Source: Candidatus Woesearchaeota archaeon (lineage in GTDB: Archaea; Nanobdellota; Nanobdellia; Pacearchaeales; GW2011-AR1). From it: a DNA stretch of 40,850 nt. Positions 33,730 through 40,798 of this stretch are shown here, piece after piece. Where the stretch lies: the NCBI GenBank assembly GCA_964635935.1, contig CAZWNN010000002.1:1-40850 (forward strand), in the 5' to 3' direction. The translations under genes and the position numbers were made by a program. The notes beneath the pieces are model-generated. The model was not told the origin of the DNA and did no database searches. It was given only the letters and a program-made list of their open reading frames with translations. Numbering within the stretch: position 1 is the stretch's first letter; every line of letters begins with the position of its first letter.

Positions 33730-34917
33730 TCATAGTGGTAGGTTTAGAATTTTTTGTGCTTCTGCTAAGAGACGTGATTCAAATATTGTGGATTTTTCAT
33801 CTTCGTTTTTTTCAATTGAGAGGGCGTTGATGAGTTGCTGTAAGATTTTGTTAAAGTCTGAGGGATTTTGTTCTGAATATTGCTGGATAATTTTTTCCTC
33901 GAGATTTTCAATATCACTAATATCAATTTCAATTTCTGATTCTTGTGTTTTTAGTGAGGAGATGTTTCTTATGAATGAGTAGGCTTGTTTCTTTTTTACA
34001 AATTCTTCGATTTCTGTGAAGTTTATGTCGCCGGTTTTTCCCTGGGTGATTGTGCCTGTGAGTTTCATAAGGACGATTTTGTCATTCATGTTTTGCTTGT
34101 CAATTTCCTGAATGATTTTTTCTGTTGCTGTTAAGGTGTTTTCAATTTGGATTTCTGTATAAACTGTTTCTTTTATTTTTATTTTGATGTTTCTTGTTTG
34201 GATTTTGGAATCTTGAATTTCAATTATTTGAAAGCTTCCTTGTTTTAAATCTGCAAGTTCTTGGAAGTTGTTTGGGAAAGTTGGTCCTGGATAGACATAA
34301 AGGGAGCGAGCTTCTTGTTTTTCAAAGACTTTGTGAATGTGGCCCATTGCATAGTAATCTGCTAAGGGGAGGGTTAGTTTGTCGATGGATTCTACTGGGA
34401 GGGTTGGACCGACAACATCTGAGACTGTTGTGTGAATCATGAAGATTGTGAATGGATACATTGAGTCAAAATAAACTTTTTTGAGGTCTTCGATTTCCAT
34501 TCCTGATTTTTTTCCTGAGTATCCGAAGATTGCTGTGTTTTCGTGCAAGTGCGGGTAAAGTTTTATTCTTCCGTCTTCTTGCAGTTCTCTTTGCTCTACA
34601 TTTTTACAGAAGCCAGCTTTTTCCAGGACATCAAGGAATGTTTTTCCTGAAGCTGAAAAATCGTGGGAGCCTGCAATTAGATAAACTGGAATGTTTGCTT
34701 GTTTTATTTTTCTGAATTCTGCAAAAGTTTGTTTTAGGATTTCAATTGGCGGATATGCTGAGTCAAATAAGTCTCCTGAAATAAGAATGAACTCTGTTCT
34801 TTCTTCAATGCAAATGTCAATTGCTTTTTGAAATGAGAGGAAGTTGAGTTCTTGCATTTCTTCTTGGCGCCATCCACCGAGGTGGCAGTCTGCTAGGTGG
34901 GCGAATTTTAAGTTCAT
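33730..34917 (-). CDS. mre11: Mre11 nuclease
   Basis: Phosphoesterase motifs ADCHLG, GDLFD, GSHD and GHIH. Confidence 0.9.
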   Translation of the reverse strand: MNLKFAHLADCHLGGWRQEEMQELNFLSFQKAIDICIEERTEFILISGDLFDSAYPPIEILKQTFAEFRKIKQANIPVYLIAGSHDFSASGKTFLDVLEKAGFCKNVEQRELQEDGRIKLYPHLHENTAIFGYSGKKSGMEIEDLKKVYFDSMYPFTIFMIHTTVSDVVGPTLPVESIDKLTLPLADYYAMGHIHKVFEKQEARSLYVYPGPTFPNNFQELADLKQGSFQIIEIQDSKIQTRNIKIKIKETVYTEIQIENTLTATEKIIQEIDKQNMNDKIVLMKLTGTITQGKTGDINFTEIEEFVKKKQAYSFIRNISSLKTQESEIEIDISDIENLEEKIIQQYSEQNPSDFNKILQQLINALSIEKNEDEKSTIFESRLLAEAQKILNLPL

Positions 34918-34973
34918 GTTTTTTGGAGAGCTGCTGATTATTTAAAGATGATTGTGATTTAGTTATATGAATT

Positions 34974-35085
34974 CCCCCTCGCAAAATCCGTTCACTTCGG
35001 CAATTCACAATTCACTCTTGTATAATATTTAAGATAGTCAAAAGCAAATTGTTCACACTCTCACATTTTGCTACCACCATAAAAG
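34974..35085 (+). repeat. Family T repeat copy 2 carrying a nested family S hairpin (copy 4, about 35005..35056)
   Basis: Outer parts CCCCCTCGCAAAATCCGTTCACTTCG ... CACATTTTGCTACCACC match 26874..26930. The inner TTCACAATTCACTCTTG...CAAAAGCAAATTGTTCAC is the S hairpin. Confidence 0.6.
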
Positions 35086-35373
35086 TTTATGATCTCCTAG
35101 GGGAAACCTTTGGCAGTTACTAAACTTTTTGGGTGCGAGAGCGGGAGCGAATCTTTGAGAGCGGAGCTCTAGCAGGAATTATTTATTTCAAATTTCTTCA
35201 CTACTTTCAAATCAACAAAAATTCAAGAAGGTTTAAATAGAGTTTGAAAATCTTTGGTTTTAAAAGTGTTTCGTAAGGTTTTTAATAGGTTTTTTGCGTG
35301 TATGCTTTTATGAATAAAACGGGGGTATATTTAATGGCAGAGGACGAAGCTGAAGAAACTGAAGAGTAGTTTT

Positions 35374-35886
35374 CTAAATCTCTAAAATTAATAGCTCTTC
35401 AAAAAATAATTTTTTTGTTTTTATTATTATTGGTTTGTGTTTTTTTATTTTGTCTTGAGGTGTGTGGCTTGATATGAGAAGGAAGATTTTTCCGTCGGGA
35501 TTTAGATGGGCTTTTGCTTGTTTGATGAATTTTAGGGTTATTTCGTCCCCGTGCTTGCCACCGGTTGTGTCTGGTTTGGAGTCGTGTTTGTGGGCGGGTA
35601 AATATGGGGGGTTGAATGTTATTAGGTCAAACTTGTTTTTTATTTTTTCAAAGAGGTTGGACTTGATTGTGCTGAATCCTAGTTTTTTTGTGTGGGTTAT
35701 TGCTTCTGAATCTATGTCTGCACATGTTATGTTTTGTTTTGGAATTCCTGCTTGTGCTGCTGTTTGTGCTAAGATTCCTGAGCCTGTTCCCATGTCAAGA
35801 TATTTTATGTTTTTGATTTTTAGATTCTTTAGATAATTAGAAAGAAATTCTGCAAAGAAAAATGAGTCTTCTTGTGGTGAGTACAT
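35374..35886 (-). CDS. HemK/PrmC/Mtq2-family SAM-dependent methyltransferase (NPPY)
   Basis: SAM motif I DMGTGSGILA and motif IV FNPPY. The start codon lies 1 nt after the RT stop. Confidence 0.75.
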   Translation of the reverse strand: MYSPQEDSFFFAEFLSNYLKNLKIKNIKYLDMGTGSGILAQTAAQAGIPKQNITCADIDSEAITHTKKLGFSTIKSNLFEKIKNKFDLITFNPPYLPAHKHDSKPDTTGGKHGDEITLKFIKQAKAHLNPDGKIFLLISSHTPQDKIKKHKPIIIKTKKLFFEELLILEI

Positions 35887-35887
35887 T

Positions 35888-36931
35888 TTATTTAATTGAG
35901 TTATTTATCTTAATTACAAGATTTTTCCTTAATTTAAAAGTATTTGCCCATTTTGCATAAGCTTGCCATCCTTGATAACTTTCTAGAATTTTTTCTTTAT
36001 CTATTATTTGACTTCTAAACAAATTAAGTTTGTTTTCCATATTCTTAATGTTTCTTCTTCTTAATAATTTGAAATAATAAAAAATTCTAAAACCGACAAA
36101 ATCAATTCCTTTTGATAATGGAATAATGCGTGATTTCTGTGGGTGAAGTTCTAATTTTAAATTCTCTTTTAGAAATTTGTTTATTTGTTTTTTCCAAATT
36201 TGTAATTGTTCTTTTGATTTATGAAGAAGAATAAAGTCATCAACATAACGTATATAGTATTTTACTTTTAATTTATGTTTGACAAAATAATCTAACTCAT
36301 TGAGATAGAGGTTAGCGAAGAATTGGCTTGTTAAATTTCCTAAGGGCATTCCTTTTTCTTTATATCCATTTTCAAGTATCTTCTTTATTAACCAAATAAC
36401 TTTTTTATCTTTTATTTTTCTTTTAATTATGTTTAACAAAATTTCATGATTTACTTCCTGGAAATAGTGCTTGATATCTGCTTTTAAGCAATAACCTTTT
36501 ATTTGATTATTATTAAACCAGCCATTTAATTTGCCATTTCTTGAAATTTTTTTCATAAACTTATAAAATCTTTTTAAAGCAAATAGATTACCTTTTCCTA
36601 TTCTATTTGCACATGAATCATAAATAAATCTTTTATCAAAAATTGGTTCAAGGATTCTTATTAAAGCATGATGAACAATTCTGTCTCTAAAAGCAGACTT
36701 ACTTATTTTTCGTGTTTTTGGATCTCTTAAAATAAATGTTTTTAGTGGTTTAGGAGAATAAGTCAAGTTTTTTAATTCGTATTGCAATTTCAATAGATTT
36801 TTATACAGATTAGCTTCAAACTCAAGAACATAATTTTTCTTAGTTTTTCCTTTTCGTGCTTTTTTCCATGCAAAGGTTAGATTATCTAAGGAGATAATTT
36901 TATTGTATAAATTTTTATAAGATTTCATCAT
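35888..36931 (-). CDS. DGR-type reverse transcriptase
   Basis: RT motifs include IRYVDDFILL (YVDD) and PLGNLTSQFFANLYLNELD (the I/LGxxxSQ signature of DGR RTs). The TR sits 21 nt upstream of the ATG. Confidence 0.9.
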   Translation of the reverse strand: MMKSYKNLYNKIISLDNLTFAWKKARKGKTKKNYVLEFEANLYKNLLKLQYELKNLTYSPKPLKTFILRDPKTRKISKSAFRDRIVHHALIRILEPIFDKRFIYDSCANRIGKGNLFALKRFYKFMKKISRNGKLNGWFNNNQIKGYCLKADIKHYFQEVNHEILLNIIKRKIKDKKVIWLIKKILENGYKEKGMPLGNLTSQFFANLYLNELDYFVKHKLKVKYYIRYVDDFILLHKSKEQLQIWKKQINKFLKENLKLELHPQKSRIIPLSKGIDFVGFRIFYYFKLLRRRNIKNMENKLNLFRSQIIDKEKILESYQGWQAYAKWANTFKLRKNLVIKINNSIK

Positions 36932-36952
36932 AAGTGTCTTGTGAACTAAGGC

Positions 36953-37035
36953 TATTCCGAAAGCATGACCGTTCCTGTTATCATCATGGTAGTTGCCATT
37001 GACATTAAGCCTGTCGTTGTAGTCGTTGAGCGCGG
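36953..37035 (-). repeat. DGR template repeat (TR)
   Basis: Non-coding copy of the VRs. The sense strand reads ..GCGCTCAACGACTACAACGACAGGCTTAATGTCAATGGCAACTACCATGATGATAACAGGAACGGTCATGCTTTCGGAATA, with 7 AAY codons in the VR frame. Confidence 0.9.
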
Positions 37036-37206
37036 CCAGACATGTAGTCTATTAATTTAAAGTAAATCACCAAAGTTTCAAGTTTCATTTTCATTACTAT
37101 TTGTCACTTTTGAATTTTATGGCTTTTTTAAAAAGCACTATTAACAGACATGTAGCCTTAGTTCATTGGAGAGTGCCTCCCTAAGACAAATTATTAGAAA
37201 AAAGGT

Positions 37207-37235
37207 TATTTATAAACTTAACTTAAAAAAATTTG
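37207..37235 (-). promoter_or_regulatory. Candidate promoter for the TR-RT transcript
   Basis: The minus strand reads CCACAAATTTTTTTAAGTTAAGTTTATAAATA: a CACAA box plus TATA-like boxes, upstream of the 5' arm of the TR-enclosing helix. Confidence 0.3.
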
Positions 37236-37236
37236 T

Positions 37237-37251
37237 GGTGCCTTCGGCACC
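37237..37251 (-). promoter_or_regulatory. GC-rich hairpin 6 nt downstream of VR1 (candidate DGR target-recognition element)
   Basis: GGTGCC-TTC-GGCACC (sense strand GGTGCC-GAA-GGCACC). The TR lacks an equivalent. Confidence 0.6.
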
Positions 37252-37254
37252 TAA

Positions 37255-37965
37255 TTATACCCCGAAAGCATGACCGCCCCAGTCATCAACACGGCAGTCG
37301 CCACCGACACAAAGCCCGCCGTAGTAGCCGTCGAGCGCGGTTACTCTTTGAACAGGAGATTTTCCTTCTTGAATATCTAACCCCCATGTTTTTGGTGGAT
37401 CTTTAAACTCTTCTGAAACTTCTGCTAATCTTTCTGCACCTTCTTGTCCAAAACTTGCAACAACAAATCCATCTTTTGCTAAGGATTCTTTAGTGTGTTC
37501 TCCTATTGAATAACTTCCCTTAGGGGCAAATCTTATGGTTCCATCAGAACTATATAAAATAGGGCTTCCTGCAGGACTTTCACTTAATTTTCTTTCTAAA
37601 TCTTCTTGATCTAAGGGCTGACTTACTCCTATTGCTTCTGGGTCTGATACAACATAAACACCTTTTGAAGTCCATAAATTCTGGTCAAAACTCCATAGCC
37701 ATCTATTTTTCATAATTAAATCTCTGATTTTTGTGATTTCTTCTCTTTCCTTGAAGTCTTCAGGGCCGCAATATGCAGCATGAAGGAGATATGCTGTTTG
37801 TTCTGCAATTGGGAGTGTTAATCCTCTTGCTAAAATTCCTTTTCCTACTGTTGGATAATTATGTGGACCTTGTGAAGGATGAACAAAGATAATGTTTCCA
37901 TCTCTTCCAGGAACTTCTATTTCAGTTCTTCCTCTCCTTACTTCATAAGTTTTTGCTTCTTCCAT
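37255..37965 (-). CDS. DGR target protein 1 (VR at extreme C-terminus)
   Basis: 236 aa, ends ..TALDGYYGGLCVGGDCRVDDWGGHAFGV*. Paralog of 37967..38677. No N-terminal signal or TM. Confidence 0.85.
   Translation of the reverse strand: MEEAKTYEVRRGRTEIEVPGRDGNIIFVHPSQGPHNYPTVGKGILARGLTLPIAEQTAYLLHAAYCGPEDFKEREEITKIRDLIMKNRWLWSFDQNLWTSKGVYVVSDPEAIGVSQPLDQEDLERKLSESPAGSPILYSSDGTIRFAPKGSYSIGEHTKESLAKDGFVVASFGQEGAERLAEVSEEFKDPPKTWGLDIQEGKSPVQRVTALDGYYGGLCVGGDCRVDDWGGHAFGV
37258..37340 (-). repeat. DGR variable repeat VR1
   Basis: 79-nt core 37262..37340 versus TR 36957..37035: 17 differences, all at TR plus-strand T (sense-strand A). Confidence 0.9.
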
Positions 37966-37966
37966 T

Positions 37967-38677
37967 TTATCTTTTTTCTCTCTCAGATTCAGCGCGACTG
38001 GCTTCGCCAGTTTTCAATACCCCGAAAGCATGACCGTTCCTGCTACCACCACGGTAGCTGCCATCGACACCAAGCCCGTCGCCGTAGCCGTCGAGCGCGG
38101 TATATCTCTTATCCTTTACTTCTGAATGATCTACTCCATGAATATAAGTCTCCTTCTTGTCAACAGCTTTAGCAACTTTTTCAACAATAGGGAGCATATC
38201 CTCTCCTCCAACCTGAGCCACTAAATAAGGATTTTTTAAAAGATCTGAAATTGGCATGTATCTTGTTTTAAATCCTAGCTTAACAAGTCTTACTCTTTTA
38301 TCTCCAACCTCAATTAATTTAAGCAATCCAACACTATCTGAAGGCATAGTTCCATCAATATCATCATAAACAAGAACTCCTCCAGGGAATGCTGTGCTTC
38401 TTGTAGAGGTCCATAAGTAATCATCTCTGAAGATTCTTAATAAATCAGCAAAACCTGGTTCATCTTCATTTTGAAGAGCTATATTTAATAAAGAAAATGT
38501 TTGGGCGGTTGTAGGTCTTAATAATCCTTGAGAATCAATTTCTCCCATAACCTTTGGGTAATTGTTTGGACCGACTAAGGGTGTAACAAAGGTTACAATC
38601 TCGCCTCTGTGAGGAATATCGATTTCAGTTCTTGCTATTCTTATTTTTCCTCCGCCCTCTAAGGCTCTTGTTTCCAT
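37967..38677 (-). CDS. DGR target protein 2 (VR followed by a 16-aa tail)
   Basis: 236 aa, ..TALDGYGDGLGVDGSYRGGSRNGHAFGVLKTGEASRAESEREKR*. The stop lies 1 nt before the target1 ATG. Confidence 0.85.
   Translation of the reverse strand: METRALEGGGKIRIARTEIDIPHRGEIVTFVTPLVGPNNYPKVMGEIDSQGLLRPTTAQTFSLLNIALQNEDEPGFADLLRIFRDDYLWTSTRSTAFPGGVLVYDDIDGTMPSDSVGLLKLIEVGDKRVRLVKLGFKTRYMPISDLLKNPYLVAQVGGEDMLPIVEKVAKAVDKKETYIHGVDHSEVKDKRYTALDGYGDGLGVDGSYRGGSRNGHAFGVLKTGEASRAESEREKR
37997..38011 (-). promoter_or_regulatory. GC-rich hairpin 6 nt downstream of VR2 (inside the coding tail)
   Basis: ACTGGC-TTC-GCCAGT. Same loop and same 6-nt spacing from the VR end as the VR1 hairpin. Confidence 0.6.
38018..38100 (-). 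repeat. DGR variable repeat VR2
   Basis: 79-nt core 38022..38100 versus TR: 13 differences, all at TR sense-strand A (all A->G). Confidence 0.9.
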
Positions 38678-38772
38678 AATTATTTTAGAAATTTTTAGTT
38701 TTTAAATCTTTCCCTTGTTGTCTTTTGGGAGAAGTGACATTATTTTAAATAAATAACATTTAATTATTAATT

Positions 38773-38871
38773 ATGGATGAAAATCTTTCAATTGAAACAA
38801 TGTTTGCTTCTGAAGAAGTTTTGAAAAAAGATTGGAATAATAAACTTAATGAAAGATGGAATAACCTCTAA
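38773..38871 (+). CDS. 32-aa ORF resembling the C-terminal tail of AbrB/MazE-type antitoxins (possible remnant)
   Basis: MDENLSIETMFASEEVLKKDWNNKLNERWNNL. Compare MLASEDVLAEAWNTPEEDEAWKDL at the end of 4570..4827. Confidence 0.2.
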   Translation: MDENLSIETMFASEEVLKKDWNNKLNERWNNL

Positions 38872-38881
38872 CTAAACTTTT

Positions 38882-39217
38882 TTATTTAAACAGCGCCTGC
38901 ATTATATCTTCGAAGAAAAATCCGAGGAGGGCGGCTCCTATAAGGATGATAATTGCTAGGATAATCACTATGATGAGCCAGGTTGGAAACTTGGAGCTGG
39001 ATTTTTGTTGGAGTTTTGGGGATTGTTGGGTTGTGAATGAGATTTGAGATGATTGGGGAATTTTTACAGGTTGGATTGTAGATGCTGAAAGTTCTGCAAC
39101 TGCTGCATCTACATCTCTTTGAGCATAACCTGCGTTGGTAAAGCTTTTTTTAACTTTAGTCATGTTTTCTCCTTTTTCTAGGGCGTTTTTAATTGCGCCT
39201 GTTAGTTCGTTTTGCAT
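38882..39217 (-). CDS. Tail-anchored membrane protein, hypothetical
   Basis: C-terminal TM (WLIIVIILAIIILIGAALLGFFF). No recognised motif. Confidence 0.5.
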   Translation of the reverse strand: MQNELTGAIKNALEKGENMTKVKKSFTNAGYAQRDVDAAVAELSASTIQPVKIPQSSQISFTTQQSPKLQQKSSSKFPTWLIIVIILAIIILIGAALLGFFFEDIMQALFK

Positions 39218-39325
39218 GTTTGTTTTTGGGGTTTTTGATTATTAAATGTTACGGGTTACTCCACCCCACCCTAAAAGTTTAGTAAGTGCTAAAATATCCT
39301 TTTAAAAAATAAATCAGACGCTTTG

Positions 39326-39397
39326 CAAAACCAACAGAAATTTAGCCATCTTATATATTCTTGGCTAAATTTCCGCAATAACTATAAAAAATTAATC
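39326..39397 (-). repeat. Family R hairpin element copy 4 (inverted orientation)
   Basis: The reverse complement reads GATTAATTTTTTATAGTTATTGCGGAAAT-TTAGCCA-[loop]-TGGCTAA-ATTTCTGTTGGTTTTG. Confidence 0.65.
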
Positions 39398-39454
39398 ATG
39401 ACTTTAACCCATAAATTAGTTAGGAATTACTAAATTGTGAATAGTGAGCGATAA

Positions 39455-40798
39455 TCAAATTTTCAACACCTTCCCGTCAGTCATGAGATGGGATTGCTTG
39501 TTGAATTTGTAGCCCATTTCTGTGCAAAGTTCTATCATTGGAGTGGTTTTGTCGAGGCCTCCGTGGGCAGGGATTACGTGATTTGGTTTGAGGAGATTAA
39601 GCATGTCTCTTAGGTCTTCTCTTCCTGCGTGGCCTGATACGTGAACATCTCTGAAGATTCTTGCTCTTGATTTTTTTAATCTTGATTCCATTTTTGCAAA
39701 ATTTTCCTGGTTAATTCCGTTAGCAGTTGGGATTACACTTGAAGAGAAAACAATGTTGTCATCTTTGTTTATTTTTAGTGGGAGTTGGTGTCTTGACATT
39801 CTTTCTAAAATTGAGCCTGGCTCTCCTTGGTGGCCTGTGCAGACAATCATGTATTTTCTTCTGTTTTTGTTTACACTATGAAGGGCTTTTTCAAGTTGTC
39901 TTCGGTAACTTGCTACTCTTACTTGTTTTAGAAAAGGTGCAAGTCTTGCTTCTTGCGCTGCTTTTGTGTATTTGTTTAAGCTTCTTCCTAAAAATATCAC
40001 CTCTCTGTTTAATTTTTTTCCAAAGTCAACTATTGATTTTAGTCTTGCGATGTGGGAGGAGAAGGTTGTGACTATTATTCCTGCGTTTCTGTTTTGAATT
40101 GTTAGGAGGACTTCTTCTAAAAGTGTTCTGGCGATTTTTTCTGAGGGTGTTTTTCTATCTGTGCCTGCATAGAGGGAATCTATAACTAAAGCGTGGACTC
40201 CTTGTTTTGCGATTTCCCTGATTTTCCTATAATTCGGCATCAAGCCAAGAACAGGGTTGTCGTCTAATTTGAAGTCGTTTGCATAGAGAAAGACGCCTTG
40301 TTTTGTGTGAACTGCAATTAGAGTTGTTTGGAGTGTTGAGTGGGTTATATTTATGAAGTCAATTTTGTATTTTTGGTTTTTTCCTTGAATGTAAAAAGTT
40401 GTGTTTGGTTTGATTTCTATTATTTTATTTCTTAGTAAGATGTTATTATCTTGAAGAAGAGTATTGAGAACTGCACAAGTAAAAGGTGTCCCGTAGACTG
40501 GGGCGTTGTATCTATCTGATAAAAAACCTATTGCTCCTACGTGGTCGAGATGAGCGTGACCTACAAATTGTGCTCTAACTTTGTGGCGGATTTTTTCAAT
40601 TACGTGGTCATCTGGAATTGCTTTGATGCTTCTAAGTTTTTTTTCTGTGTAGGTAAATTCGTTTTTTTCTTTTTCATCCATCTCAACTATTGCTGGAAGA
40701 AAAAATCCTTCATCAAAAATAAATGCGTCGTCTTCTAGTTCTAGAACTGTCATGTTTTTTCCTACTTCGCTAAAACCGCCTACGGTGTGTATTTTCAT
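39455..40798 (-). CDS. rnj: RNase J (metallo-beta-lactamase / beta-CASP ribonuclease)
   Basis: HAHLDHVG motif, beta-CASP-sized insertion, C-terminal VHVSGHA. About 447 aa, as in archaeal RNase J. Confidence 0.8.
   Translation of the reverse strand: MKIHTVGGFSEVGKNMTVLELEDDAFIFDEGFFLPAIVEMDEKEKNEFTYTEKKLRSIKAIPDDHVIEKIRHKVRAQFVGHAHLDHVGAIGFLSDRYNAPVYGTPFTCAVLNTLLQDNNILLRNKIIEIKPNTTFYIQGKNQKYKIDFINITHSTLQTTLIAVHTKQGVFLYANDFKLDDNPVLGLMPNYRKIREIAKQGVHALVIDSLYAGTDRKTPSEKIARTLLEEVLLTIQNRNAGIIVTTFSSHIARLKSIVDFGKKLNREVIFLGRSLNKYTKAAQEARLAPFLKQVRVASYRRQLEKALHSVNKNRRKYMIVCTGHQGEPGSILERMSRHQLPLKINKDDNIVFSSSVIPTANGINQENFAKMESRLKKSRARIFRDVHVSGHAGREDLRDMLNLLKPNHVIPAHGGLDKTTPMIELCTEMGYKFNKQSHLMTDGKVLKI

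Larger units (their letters stand above)
35888..38677 (-). mobile_element. Diversity-generating retroelement cassette: target2(VR2)-target1(VR1)-spacer-TR-RT
   Basis: RT plus a TR/VR triplet with adenine-only mismatches (see findings). Confidence 0.9.

Noticed and set aside
35888-36931. RT as a group II intron maturase or a retron RT
   Set aside because: There is no maturase X or endonuclease extension and I saw no intron domain V/VI-like structure. The TR/VR triplet with adenine-only mismatches and the LGNLTSQ motif point to a DGR instead.
37036-37250. Hidden Avd-like accessory ORF between target1 and the TR
   Set aside because: The longest open frame on the element strand is about 14 codons (MKMKLETLVIYFKL). 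The region looks like structured non-coding RNA.
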